Shown here: positions 40,100 to 55,690 of the stretch, in pieces
Layout: the number at the start of each line of letters is the position of its first letter
How positions within the stretch are numbered: the first letter of the stretch is position 1
Source: Octopus vulgaris
Taxonomy: Eukaryota
Direction of reading: 5' to 3'
Assembly (NCBI GenBank): GCA_951406725.2
Contig: OX597814.1
Span: 75,702,001-75,766,000, forward strand
Length of the DNA stretch: 64,000 bases
Position numbers and translations under genes: made by a program
The notes under the pieces: model-generated
Databases searched by the model: none
Seen by the model: the letters and a program-made list of their open reading frames with translations, nothing else
What the model was told of the DNA's origin: nothing

Positions 40100-40865
40100 C
40101 ATGAGACCATAGCCCATGACCTATGCCAGTGGGTGTAACCAGCCCACTGGCATGGATACCCCTCATTCATTAGACAATAAACTAGGCTTGTGATAACCTA
40201 TTGAGGCAAATGAAATCAAAGTTGCTGACATGGCCGATGACAGTACCGCATGATTGGTACTCATGCCAGTGCAATGTTAAAAGCACATCTGAAAGTGGGG
40301 TGTAACCGGCCCACTTATGAGTGCCCCTTATTCATCGGACAGTGAACTTTGCTTGCGAAGACCTATTGAGACAAGAGTAAACAAATCAAAATCACTGACC
40401 TGGCCGACAACAGTACCGCCTGATTGGCACCCATGCCAGGGGAACGTTGAAAGCATATCTGAATGTGATCATTGCCAGGTCCATGGATTGGCTCCCATGC
40501 CAGTGACATGTGAAAAGCACCATTTGAGTGTGATCGTTGCCAGCACTGCCTTACCGGCACATGTGCTAGTGGCACGTGAAAAACAACATTCAAGCATGGC
40601 TGTTGCTAGTACTGCTGGACTGGCTCCCGTGCACATAACATGTAAAAACACCTTTTGAGTGTGGTCGTTGCCAGAACCACCTGACTGACCCTCGTACCAG
40701 TGGCATGTAAAAGCAACCACTACACTCTCGGAGTGGTTGGTGTTAGGAAGGACATCCAGCTGCGGAAACTTTGATTAAGCCTTGTGCAGCCTCTAGCTCA
40801 CCAGTCCTCAGTCAAACCGTTCAACCCATGCCAGCATGGAAAGCAGACATTAAATGATGATGATG

Positions 40866-40866
<1 letters not shown>
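40100..40866 (+). mobile_element. RTE 3'-UTR-derived non-autonomous copy
   Basis: Tandem about 55-60-bp units and tail catgccagcatggaaagcagacattaaatgatgatgatgat. Confidence 0.8.
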
Positions 40867-40896
<30 letters not shown>

Positions 40897-40897
40897 T

Positions 40898-43800
40898 CTT
40901 TTTTTTCTTTGTAGTTTCAGCTCAGTGCCGTGGCCATGCTGGAGCCTTGCCGTTTTGCTACACTGAGAGCCTCTATATGTGACACTTGGTGAAGAATGGA
41001 ATTTGATGTAGCTACACTCATTTGCATCTCTTGCCATGAGCTAGGTTCATCTGGGACTCTCGATGGGAAGAGGTCTAGTTTTGATTTAAAAACACCTATA
41101 TCTACTCTGTGCAGGTTCCTCAGGCTCTTTGAGAAAATACTAAAAAGCTGTGGACCCCTGAAACCCAGGCTGTTGCAGTAACTGGTCCTGAAGCACGATG
41201 GCATTGCTGGGATCTTTGACACTGTGCAGTGTCGACCCATTCTGGTACTGGTGTAATTTTCAATGCCAAAATTTGGCGCAATTCCTTCCAGGATCTTCCA
41301 GGTGTATATTACTACATACCTCTCCTACCTTTGCTCCAGGGAGCAGTGTCTTAGCTGTTTCAACCTTTCTCAGTAGCTGAGCTGTTTCAAAGAGACAATC
41401 TTCTTTGTAAAGCTTCACTGGATTGCTTCAAGGTCCACTGTTATTATCCTCAGCCCATCTGTAAATTGAGTCCAACTCCTGCTGCAAATGTGCAACATTG
41501 CTGGGGTTCTGTATTTTCTGTGAGACTTTCATATCATCTGTGTAGCTAGCAAGGGTGGCTATCTGGGCAGTTGAAGGCATATCTGAGAGGGCCACTATGA
41601 AAAGCAGTGGTCCCAAGACAGTGCTACTGCTGCCTGACTTCTATTTTTCAGAAAGTCATGTAACCACTCTCCAAGTTTTCCAGCTATGCCAAGATCACAC
41701 AGTTTGTGGCATCACCATCCTCCTTGTCAAAAGCTTTTGCAAAATCAAGGTATATTACGTCCACATTTGATTTGTTGAGTAACTGCCTCAATATCCAGTT
41801 TTAATGTTGTAAGAGCTGGGTCAGGCAGCTCCTACCTGGTCGAAAGCCATGCTGGGTATCACTCAGCAAGCTATTTTCTTCAAGGAATGCGATTAGTTTC
41901 CCTCTAACTATCTGTTCCATGACTTTGCTGATGTGTGAAGTCAGAGAGATAGGCCTATAGTTTTTGGTATCTGCTCTGCTTCTCCCTTTATGGATTGGGC
42001 ATATTATTCCCTCCTTCGGCTTGCTTGGCAGTCTGCTATTTGCAAGAAAACTCTTGAAGAGAATCGGGGGGAGGAGTGCCAGGGCATGCTTACACAATTT
42101 GAGGAGGATTGCTGGGAAACCATCAGGACCAGCAGTTGAGTTTGTGTCCACTTCATCTATGGCTTGTAGTATATCTTCTTCACTAATGTTGATGTATTCC
42201 ATTGTAACTGCCTTGCTTGTTATAGGTGAGGTGGCAAAGAAATCCACTGGTTTGGTCACTTGCCTGTGTTCTAACAGGGTGGTAAAGACACTTTGAACTG
42301 GTTATTCAGTACCTCACTGATCCTGGTTGGACTGTCTGTGAGGGAGCCATCCTTTTGGAAGAGGGGTCCTATCTTGCAGCATACTGACGCTGTTTCTTTC
42401 ACATAATGGAAGAAGGCCTTTGGGTTTGACTTAATATTTTTTATAACCCAGGTTTCTTTGTCTGCTCTCTCCCTCACATAGGATTGTTGCAGGCTTTTTT
42501 CAATCTTCATCACTGTTGTTTTTAGGCAGGACCTTTTGCTACTTTTGTGATGTTGGTTGAGGTGATTTGCAACCTTTGTCCGTTGTCTCATGAGGATCTT
42601 CCTCTCCTTTGGAATCTTGTTCCTATTTGTTTTGGTCTTGTGCTCTGGGACATATTTCTGGCATATGGCTTGTATAACAGACATGACATATTCTAGTTTC
42701 ATGTCAATGTCTGGTGTGGCGAGACATTTCAGCCAGTCCTGTCTGAGGATCTCTTTTTGGATTGATTTCCAGTCTGCTTTGTGGAAGTTCAGATTGGAGA
42801 AATTTCAGGTGCTTCCTTTAGGTTGTATGTCTCTGGCTACTTTCAGCCCAAACATAGACAGCTCTATTATGTTGTGATCTAAGATTTAGGTCAGCATCAC
42901 TTTCACATCATGAACAATGTCCATATTGTTTGTGAAGCAGAGATCTAAAATGCTTTTCACTCTAGTTGGTCTGAATACAACTTGCTAAATGAATAGGTCA
43001 TTGGTGAGGTTGAGCAGAGACTCCACCTGTGCTTGTTTGCAATGAGTCATTCCTGAGAGCATGAGGCCTTCGGGCCATTTGACATTGGGGAAGTTGAAGT
43101 CACTCACGTGGTGTTCCAGTTTCATGAGGATTTCTTTAATTTTTGTGAGGCAATCTTCAAACTTGCCTATGTGGTTTGGAGCATCCGGTGGGCAATATGT
43201 ATTGCATGTGACTATATTGTGTTGTCTTATGTATACAATTAGAGTGTCACATATTGAATTTGAGTATGATTGGGGTGTGAGGTCATCACAGATATATACA
43301 GCAACTCCACCATGGCTCCTTTCCCATCTGTCTTTTCATAGTATGGTATATTTTGGTACATGTACTTTTTCATCTTCTATATCAGTGCTATGCATAGGGC
43401 TTGATTGCATGCAGCAAGGTCTCTCATGAAAAATATTGTGCTTCTATTATGATGAAACAGGCCCCCAATATTTAGTAAAAATATTGGCATGATGACTGTG
43501 CAGGCATTAGCGGAGGCCATCCCATGACTGTTGATTGTGGTGGTCTTGCGCAGCAGTGGGCAAGGTTCCTTGTTTGCGCTTGATGTAGCCAGGTCAGCTG
43601 CTGCACAGTCTTTAGTGCCATGCACAACAAAGACTCTTGCTCAGCTGCTGCCTTGCACATAACCTTTAAAGAGCGCACTTTTATGCAAATCTTTTCTTTG
43701 GAGACGATTGGTGTCTTTCCTCAGGGAAGTTTTTCTCCTTAAGGTCCCTGTAGTTTTGGCAGATGAGCAAACTGGCAATTTTTACCGTCTTCCCCATGCC

Positions 43801-44430
43801 AACATTTGCCTTGCAGGTAAAATTTGCAGGTCCTTGAGTGCCCTCCAAATTTCTTCTCTCCTCTAGGGTTTTGGATTGCATTGAATCCTCCATGTTTGAG
43901 TTTCCTGTTTTTTGTTTGGTGGGTTGGGGTTTTGGTTATTTAATTTTTGCCTTTTCCTCTTTCTCGCCTTCCTTCTTTATGTTTGTGCTTGTGTTCTGGG
44001 GTGAGCGCTCCATTCCTTTGTAGGACCACTGGCATAGAGGGGCTTCTGGTTGCTGCTTCCTTGGCTTCCCTTGCCTGGTCGTTCACAGGGATGGGGGGGT
44101 CCATTTTTTTGAGGAACCACTGAATCAAAGAGATTTCTGGGTTTTGTTTCCTTTTCTCTATCCTTATAGCCTTGCCATAATAGTTTTCCATTATGACATC
44201 AAGAATGTCAATGATCGGTCTGATAAGCATATAGGATTGGATGAATTCATTTTTCTTCCACTCTATCTGATCAATGGCTCTGCAGAAGCCATTGTTTCTC
44301 AGTGTAGCAGTGATGATGTTGTTTGGCTGATCATCGCTAACAATTATCCATGCTTGCAACAGAAGATTCAATTCTTTTTTCTCCCACTTTGGTGCCATCT
44401 TCGTTTTTTAAGTCCAAGGGTGGGGAGTAG
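40898..44430 (-). mobile_element. CR1/Jockey-group LINE, near full length, decayed (ORF1 with CCCH finger, APE endonuclease, RT)
   Basis: CKFYLQGKCWHGEDGKNCQFAH (43828-43763); APE motifs YCPPD, DFNFPNVKW, PTR..SILDLCFTN, DHNII; RT motifs NYRPISLTSH, QHGFRPGRSCLTQL, GPLLF, YTDD; C-terminal FKSKLD..VPDEP; A-rich tail. Exact clade not resolved. Confidence 0.9.
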
Positions 44431-45000
44431 AAGATAGAGAGGAAGTGAGAGAAAGGGAGGTAGAAAAGAAGAAACACAGAGGGGGAGGAATAGGAAAAGA
44501 GAGAGGGAGACATGAAGGAAAGAGAGAGGGTGATATGAAGGAAAGAGAAAGGGGATGTGGGAGTGTTAGCGAGACACAGGGAGGCAGAGGAGGGGGAGAG
44601 AAAGAGAGATAGAGTGAGGGAGAGACAGGAAAGGATAAAGGATGTGAGGGAGAGAGAGAAACAGAGTGAGAAGAGGGGGAAAATGAGAATTATATAAGGG
44701 AGAGGGTGAGGTAACAGGAAGAAAGGTAGATGTTGAGAGAGACAAAGGAAGGGAAAGAAAAGTGAGAAAAGGAGGAAGATATGAAAGGAAGGAGAGAGGT
44801 GAGAAAAAGAGGAAGATATGGAAGAGAGAAGGAAAGAGGTAGGTGTAAAAAGAGATAAAGGGAGGGAGAAAGAAGCAAGAAAGAGAGGAATATATGTGAG
44901 GGAAAGAAAGAGGAGAGAGGAAGAGAGAGGGGGAGCAGGTAACAAAGATATGTAGGAAAATGAAAAACAAAATTTATAATTCTAAAAAGGATAAAGTGAA
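44430..45000. repeat. Purine-rich (GA) low-complexity tract
   Basis: Directly visible. Confidence 0.85.
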
Positions 45001-46792
45001 AAAAAGAAACGATAGTCAAAAGAAAGGGGTTTCGTATTGATTTCTAAATTTCAAATAGAATGTAAAAGAAGAGGTCGTTGTAAGAAAAGTTCAATGGAAA
45101 TTTATAGTGAGAAAGAGAAAAAGTTTCAGCGTCAATTTGCAGAAAGTAAACAAACAGTAAGTCTTAACTCAAATTTTCATCTGGTATTACCAAAGGTAAT
45201 AATAATAAAATAATAATAATAAAAGAAAATAAACAAATGAGAAGGATACTTATTCGCAAGAGGTAAAATTCCAATCCTTGTTCTTGTACGAAGAAGTTTT
45301 CTTTCAAAAGCAATTCTTTTTTTCTTACATGTGGCAGCAAATGAGAGTATGATTTATTACCACATGGTTTTTTCAAGGATAATTCAAGCTTGTGTCACTG
45401 ATTTTAATGTACTAGACTAAACTTTTAGTGTAATATATTGTAATAGACCATTATGAAATAACAAGTACTCTGTATTTGTCAGTTTTAGCAGATTTTTTGT
45501 CGATTTAGGGAATCTCTCTTGGTTGTTACAGGAGAATGAAAAAGCACATCTTTCCTCAACGAAATCGGGAATATATATATATATATAATGGTTTGACTGA
45601 GTGCTGGTGAGCTAGAAGGCAGCACCAAGCCCCAATCTGATCTGGCAAAGTTTCTACAGGATGCCCTTCCTAACGCCAACCATTCCAAGAGTGTAGTAGG
45701 TGCTTTTACATGCCGCCGGCATGGAGGCCAGTCTGGCAGTACTGGCATCACCCATGCTAAAAAATGGTGCTTTTTACTTTTGAGTATATACCAAACTTTT
45801 ACCACAATTGAGGGAGGAAAAGAAATCATCCAGAAATAGTTTAACATTTATACATATTTTACACTTAAATACTAACTCATCAAATGGTATCTAAATTTCT
45901 ATCCTTGATATCATCAGATACTAACTCATTAGATGGTATCATAAATTTCTATCCTTTTGTTATAATATTCTTCTTAATAATCCTTTGAATAACCCTAGAC
46001 TTTAACTGTATACAATATAGCAACATTGTTTAAAATATTTAACTATAGTACTACATGATAAGACATCCCCTGTTTCATTATCAATGGTCTGCTAGTGAGT
46101 AGCCCCCTTAATTATCAGCTAACATCTTGTTTTAAGTTTTCCTTTACCAAACCTCATGATATTGCTTCTAATAAATCTTGATTTTTATGACTATACCAAC
46201 TATGATGTCTGTCTGCTCCCTCAGCCCTACCCCTAACAGATACTGCACTCTGTTCTCTCAGCCTTAGATATACAAGGGATTTGATAAACTAATCTATAAA
46301 TCAAAACTGACCTCATAAAAACAAAAAAATCAGTGAAAGGCAGAATCTGTAACAATGTATATCTTCTTGAAAATTCAGTAACTTCTAAACTGGAGTGAGA
46401 CAGCATGCTTTTTGTCTATCTCTTTAACTTCTTGGAGATTTTAGGTATAATTATACTAATGTGTCCATCTGTTCTAATTTAATTAAATTCTGTGTCTTTG
46501 AAGCAGCTGAAGATTGCTCTGCATTTTAAATTGATGTAATGATTGCATTATTCAATTAAAAGGAGTTACATGAAACGATTGTACTGCATTACCTCTGGGT
46601 ATCCTTGTTGCTTATTTTGATATATATATATATATAAATGTATCTCTATATTTATATATATTGAAATATATATGTATATCTATATATAATGATATATATA
46701 TATATATATATAATGATATGTATATAAATACATGTATATATTTATATATATAGAAATATATATATATGTAGAAATATATATATATATATATA

Positions 46793-47305
46793 TCTATATA
46801 TATAAAACTCTAGTTGTGTGAGTGTCTGTCCCCTTCGATTTAGTTTCCTAACTCCTCCCACATTTTGCGGTGCAGTTTAACCAAATTCGGGTATCTTATA
46901 GTCGTGATTAATATCGAGCCCGTCTGGCTATTAGCGCGCATCTACGATGAGTCTACGATTTTAAAAATAATTTAACATCATTTTTATTCCATTTTAATGC
47001 ATAATTTTTCGTGTGTCGATGACGGCGGAGTTGGCGTCCACGCTCAAACACCTGCACCTGTGTTTGCTTCTCCCCCTTCTTCCCTCCCTCGTGAAGCTGT
47101 GTGGAAGGGAGTGTAAGGAAATCAACGTCGTAAAGCGTTGTCAAGGAGACCAGCGTTCTTTTAGAACGACTTCATGGCTTGAAGACACCAAAACAGAAAT
47201 GGCTAAGAAAGACCGAATTGGTATCTATAAGGGAAGTAAGTCTCTAAAAATGCTTATATAGTTATTTCCCTTACAAACCCGAGCAACGCCGGGCGATACT
47301 GCTAG
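46793..47305 (+). mobile_element. Non-autonomous Helitron
   Basis: 5' A|TCtatatatataaaact, subterminal hairpin cccgagcaacgccggg, 3' CTAG|T. Confidence 0.8.
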
Positions 47306-47416
47306 TATATATATATATATATATTGAAATATATAGAATATATAATGATATATATATTTATATATATAGAAATATATATACACATATATTTATATATATT
47401 TATATATATATAGATA

Positions 47417-47570
47417 CTAGCAGTATCGCCCGGCGTTGCTTGGTTAAGTAAGGGAAATAACTATATAAGCATTTTTAGAGAGTTATAGCAAAAAAATGCA
47501 TTAAAAATGGAATAAAAAGTGATGGTAATTTTTTTTTTAAATCGTTGACTCAGTGTCTTCAAGCCATGAT
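47417..47570 (-). mobile_element. Second copy (3' end) of the same Helitron family, inverted
   Basis: ctagcagtatcgcccggcgttgct...taagggaaataactatataagcatttttagaga is the reverse complement of about 47243-47305. Confidence 0.8.
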
Positions 47571-47744
47571 ATTTATGATTGATCTTTCTAAATATGTTAT
47601 TTCTCAACTTACTCAAGATCTTTTGTTGTTTATGAATGGGAGAGGGATAGATAAAGATAGAGAGTAAGAGAAAGCGAGGGAGAGTCCGAGAGAAAGAAAA
47701 GTAAGAGAGTGGGAAAGTGAGAGAGAAACAAAGAGGGAGAATCA

Positions 47745-48041
47745 TCATTGTTTAACGTCCGTTTTCCGTGCTAGCACGGGTTGGACAGTTTGACCGGGGT
47801 CTGGGAAGCCAGGAGGCTGCACCAGGCTCCAGTCTGATCTGGCAGTGTTTCTACAAGTGGATGACCTTCCTAACGCCAACCACTCTGTGAGTGTAGTGGG
47901 TGCTTTTTGCGTGCCGCTGGCACAGGTGCCAGGGGAGGCCTGGCAGCGGCAACGATCGGTTGGTGCTTTTATACGTGCCACCGGCACAGAAGCCAGTCAA
48001 GGCGGCGCTGCAATCGGCCACGTTCATCGATTTTGATTTGA

Positions 48042-48043
<2 letters not shown>
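47745..48043 (-). mobile_element. RTE 3'-tail copy
   Basis: catcattgtttaacgtccgttttccgtgctagca... matches the RTE tail. Confidence 0.8.
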
Positions 48044-48104
<61 letters not shown>

Positions 48105-48105
<1 letters not shown>

Positions 48106-48332
48106 TTTATTTTAAGCAGCAGAAAATTCAACAAAATCTGTTACTCTGAGTTTCTCGTTGCCGTTCATCAGACAGTTTTTGCTAGAATGGAACTGATATA
48201 TCAATTCAATCTTTACTCTTACAAACGCTACACCCTTATATCAGTTCCATTCTAGCAAAAACTGTCTGATGAACGGCAACGAGAAACTCAGAGTAACAGA
48301 TTTTGTTGAATTTTCTGCTGCTTAAAATAAAG
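48105..48332. repeat. 96-bp inverted repeat with 36-nt spacer; each arm holds a hammerhead motif
   Basis: Arms 48105-48200 and 48237-48332, identical by eye; the right arm continues to about 48403. Confidence 0.9.
48262..48299 (+). ncRNA. Type-I hammerhead ribozyme motif
   Basis: ctgt-CTGATGA-a-cg-gcaa-cg-a-GAAA-ctc-a-gag-TA-acag; GNRA-capped short stem II, GUA site after 48295; inverted twin at 48138-48175 on the minus strand. Confidence 0.7.
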
Positions 48333-48401
48333 CATATTACTCTACCACTGGTATTTGAGTACTCTTTTTTCCACCTTGTTTCACATTTATGTGTTTACTC
48401 C

Positions 48402-48880
<479 letters not shown>

Positions 48881-49109
48881 AGTAATTTATTTTACTATAA
48901 TAAATACATTATTACTTATTTCTATATATATAAATATATATATATATCTACATATATAGTAATTTATTTTACTAAGCCCTTTTATATAATGTAATAATTT
49001 GAATTCGCCTTAAATGGTCCCTTTGCATACTGAACACTTGGTGAAATTAATTAATAATTAATTAATTTTACCCTCAATTGTTGAAATATATATATATATA
49101 TATATATAT

Positions 49110-49601
49110 CAAATCAAAATCGATGAACATTAATGGAATATGTAGTTTTGTGGTACCAGTGCCGGTGGCACATAAGAAAACCACCCGAACGTGGCCATAG
49201 CCAGTACCGCATCGACTGGCCTCCGTGCTGGTGGCACGTAAAAAACACCATCCGATCGTGGCCGTGCCAGCCTCGCCTGGCCTCCGTGCTGGTGGCATGT
49301 AAAAAACACTATCCGATCGTGGCTGTGCCAGCCTAGCCTGGCCTTCGTGCCGGTGGCACGTAAAAAACACCATCCAAGCGTGGCCGTTCGCCAGCCTCGT
49401 CTGGCACCTGTGTCGGTAGCACATAAAAAGCACCCACTACACTTACGGAGTTGTTGGCATTAGGAAGGGCATCCAGCTGTAGAAACACTGCCAGATCTGA
49501 CTGGCCTGGTGCAGCCTTCGGGCTTCCCAGACCCCAGTTGAACCGTCCAACCCATGCTAGCATGGAAAGCAGACGTTAAACGATGATGATGATGATGATG
49601 A
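49110..49601 (+). mobile_element. RTE 3'-UTR copy (young)
   Basis: Closely matches 14485-14970, ending (gat)n. Confidence 0.9.
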
Positions 49602-50741
49602 CATACATATGATAGAATATATATGTACATATATACATATGATAGACTGATATAAATATAAATGAAAGCTGGCCCAACAATATAGGTATCAGTAATTCAT
49701 TTCTATGTGATGCTATACATTCAGATTACAAGGTTTTATTGTAGGTCACATTCGAGTTTCATAATGAGTTATGAGTTGTTAAGACGGGTATTTTCTGCCC
49801 TGAAGAAGAAGGCCATTCTTTGCAATGTTTGAGATGAGAAATTACCATGAGAGATCCTTAATAACACAGATGCCTAGCAAAACTAGTGATTTTGAGGTTT
49901 CTAATTGGATGTTGTACATGTAAAGTGGTGAAGTGTCTTATTCTTTTTGTTATATATGTAGCAACTGTATCTTTATTCTGTCAAAGAGGACAAGTAACAT
50001 GACTCCATTGAAAGTAGACAATACAATGTTGTCTACTTTGACATGTTTTGTATAGGTGAATGCCCTTCCTGACACCACCTACTTCACATATGCCACCAAC
50101 ATTAGTAGGGTCACCATGCAGCTTACAAGACTATGAATCCCAAGGGAAGCCTTTTATGCATGGAGATAAGAGTATATGAAAAGGGAGAGGAAAGAGCAGG
50201 ATGGGTTTCTTGCTGTAGAGGAGTGACATGGCTTCTCACATTCTAAAAGAATTGGTGGGAATTATTGCAGTGGAGCTAAGAAGAGATAAGAACAATGTTG
50301 ATGAGATGTCTTGGTGGACTCGCAAGGTACAAGGTGAGTAGAAATAAGTGCAGACATAACCAAAAGTGTATGTAGGCAGAAGTTGCAAAAATGTATGTGA
50401 GTGATGGTGAATAGTTGAGGTGATGGATATAATGAGTGAAGAACAATTATAGAGAAGTGTATATAGTGAATGGTGGATAAGGGCTGGGGATAACCAATGA
50501 TACATGGGAGTGAAAATCAGCTGAATGTTAACGATAATAGAGTAAGGATGAGAGAGTTGACATGTGGCTGGGTAGGTTGCTATAGCAAAAGACAGAGAAG
50601 AGAGTGGATGGCATAATGCATAGGGAGTGTGAGAAACATATAGTGGTGGAGAAGAAATAGAAAATGTTTCATTTCTACAGATGAGGTTAATAGTCCCAAA
50701 ATGATGTGTTTCATGCAAAGACCAAGCATTCTTATATTACA

Positions 50742-52554
<1,813 letters not shown>

Positions 52555-55364
52555 TCTAATTATATTGCTGTTTCCTTTTATCATATCTCACTCCCTTCTC
52601 TTTTCTCTGAACATTTCACTTTCCACTTCAAATCTCACTCCAATAACTCCCATCAATTCTTTTAGCATGTGAGAAGCCATGTCGTTCCTCTATAGCAAGA
52701 AACTCATCCTGCTCTTTCCATGACCCTTTTCATATACTCTTATCTCCAAGCATAAAGGGCTTCTCTTGGGATTCATAATCTTGTAAGCTGCATGGTGATC
52801 TTACTAATGTTGGTGGCATTAAAAATTGTACCCAGTACATGTTGTGAGGTGGTTGGCATCAGGAAGGGCATTCACCTATACAAAACCCCAGATAACCCAT
52901 TTTATACCAACCTACCTGAAACTGTCCTTGTTTCTATGATACAAACATACCAATTTTTTCATTGATCTAAATTAAAACTTCCATCAAAATTTTATGTTAA
53001 TTTATGTTCCAGATACCAGCTTAATAACAGCAAAGTTATTCTACTAAATTCTTCATTATTTTTATAATCAATTAAATCAAATTCAATGTTTTTCAAAAGA
53101 AATATTGTAACAAAAGGGTTGATAACCTTGGCTATTCATATTTTTGTGTATAATCAGGACTATATTATCTAATGTATGTTGTTTTTTTATTATGATTTGC
53201 TGAAGATTTGGCTGCTATTTCTCACAAGCAAGGTGACCATGTTGAAGCTCCTTTTGTTACCTTATTGCTGCATGAATTGTTTTGCCCTTACATTCTGTCT
53301 ATTGTGATATAGAAGTGGGACTTCTTCACTAGTCATGCAAACTTAAAACAGAATCATAGACCTTGTCTGTTGATACACTGGCTGCAGTTAAGAGGTTTAA
53401 CCCTTTAGCATTTAAACTGGCTATATTATTCTTCCTGTTTTATGTTCAAACTGGTCAAATCCAACCTCTCACACCTACCCTATAATGTTAATCTAAAACA
53501 TATACAGTCACATGACTGAAATCTTAAGTTACAAGATAATGCAGGATAAATTCAAAATGAAAGAAAACATAGGGTAGCTTCTGATAGAATTTGAATTCAG
53601 AAAAAAAAAACAAAAAAAAAAGATTAAATTCAGCAAATAAATCCTGCAAGTCTCTTTTTCACTACTTCTGTCATACTATAGATCATTTTTTAATAAAAAT
53701 ATGAAAATTTGGTAGCAACTGTACTTTTCAAAAACTTTGTATACAAAAACACTTATGAAGCCACTAATGGCTTGTTTGTCCATCAAGGCATTGCAATGTC
53801 CTAATTAGAAAAGTACCAAATTCTCCTTCTTTCAGTCTTATTATTGTCCTCCCCACTTCCTCTCTCTCTTTCACACACTAACAAAACCTATTACATTTAA
53901 TTAGTATTCTTACCTGATCTACATTTACTCCATCTGTCAAATGTGTTTGACACATGTAGTGAATTATATTCATCTCAATCGTTTCTATTTGAGTACAAAT
54001 CCTGACTTCTTGTATGCTGTATTAGCTTTGCTTTTATACCCTCTAGGCATCTTTTTGTTACAAATCAATCATTAGTTTTGTGTAATTTCCACTCCCTTAT
54101 GCATTCCTTTGACACTGTAACAGCTGACTATGCACCTAAATATATATAACACCTTCCTGAATGAACCAATAAGGAAGCCTGTACAGCTGCTTAACCTGCT
54201 AGAAATAGTATCCAAACAACACTCCATTAAGTGAGGAAGGGAAGGATTCAGAGGATAATGTAATCCTGGATATATTTTTTTTCTTTTGTGCTAAGTCTAG
54301 GGGAAAGGAGAGTGTCCATGGCCATCACAGCCTCCCACACCACACACACACACACACATACACATCCTCTGAGGTTAGTGAGATTAATGTCGTTAATGTT
54401 CCTCTTCAATGATAGCAGGAGTCCCAGAGAGCCAACATTCTGGAAAGGAAACGAGTGTAATTTAGTGATTAGTGTATGGCCTAAGAGTTGGATGATAAGA
54501 ATAGAAAAGATGAGGTGGTTGGGAATCACTTAGTAGAGATAGCATGAGTATAGCCAACTATGAGGAGTAAAGACCTTTATATTAGTAGAAAAAGCAGAAA
54601 GAAGAGACCAGACATTTATGGGCCAGAGACTGGAGTGTGTCTGCAAGTAACTTCATGCTAATCAATCAAGTGACTCTTTTTTTGGGTGTGCTCTATGATG
54701 TCTGTGTACAGCAGCATCATCCATGATGTAAGAGCAATATTTTATTGTTTATCACACCTGTAGATTTTCAATAATCAATGAGGGATAAAGGTTTGCAAAT
54801 TACTTTTGTATGGGCTCCCTTTTTTTCAAATTAAACTATGATAAAAATGGAGTTTCTTTATAAAAATGCTTAATGATTTACATTCCAGGTAAAGTGAACT
54901 GAGGCTGGACTGTCTCTGGTTCAAGAAAATAATTATTTAGCAGGATTTGAATGTACAACCTACGAATCAATAATTGAAAATTTCCATAACTTAACCACAG
55001 AAATGTGCTTTTCATTGCATATGAATTTAATGTAATTAAGTTGGTATTTGTCTCCCTTCAAGAATCTTTTCACATTTCAGAATTTAGTTACTGTTGTAAT
55101 GTTATAATCTGTTTACAGTTAATTCAAAGGAAACATATTACCAATTTTATTTGAAGAGTAACTTCTAAACTAAATTCCATTTCTTTGGTATAAAAGTATC
55201 TTTTGGCTCTGAAAAGAAGCTGCAGTGGTTGGAATGCTCACTTAGCTTTGTTAAGAATGTGCTTTTCCCATCATCATCACCAAGAGAGACCTTGATGATA
55301 GTGAAGCTTGATTGTTAGGGTTCTAGTCACATACTGCTCATATTTAAGGGGTAGATAGGTTAAT

Positions 55365-55690
55365 GAAGGTGCATGACTCAGTGGTTAGAGTGTTGAGTTA
55401 ACAATCAAGAAGTAGTGAGTTTGACACCCAAATCAGGTTGTGTGTTGTATTCTTGAGTAAGAGTTTATTTCATGTTGTTCCAGTTCATTCAGCTGTAGAA
55501 AGGAATTGCAACATCACTGGTGCCAAGCTCTATTGGCCTTTGTCTTTCCCTTGGGTAATATCAGTGGCATGAAGAGGGGAGGCTGGTATGCATGGGTAAC
55601 TACTGGCCTTTGATAAACAACCATTCCCTGATTTGTGCCTTGGAGAGGAACTTTCTAGGTTCAATTTCATGGTCATTCATGACCAAGGGG
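55365..55690 (+). mobile_element. tRNA-derived SINE (same family as 24250-24592)
   Basis: gaaggtgcatgactcagtggttagagtg...gagtttgacaccc head; tail ggtcattcatgaccaagggg. Confidence 0.75.

Noticed and set aside
44337-45019. Leu/Ser/Phe-rich ORFs up to 202 aa
   Set aside because: Stop-poor reading of a CT/GA low-complexity tract.
45869-45957. Minus-strand CTGATGA-tatc-aag-gata-GAAA at the junction of an approximately 49-bp tandem duplication
   Set aside because: Helix II forms, but helices I and III are out of register with a valid NUH site; probably coincidental.
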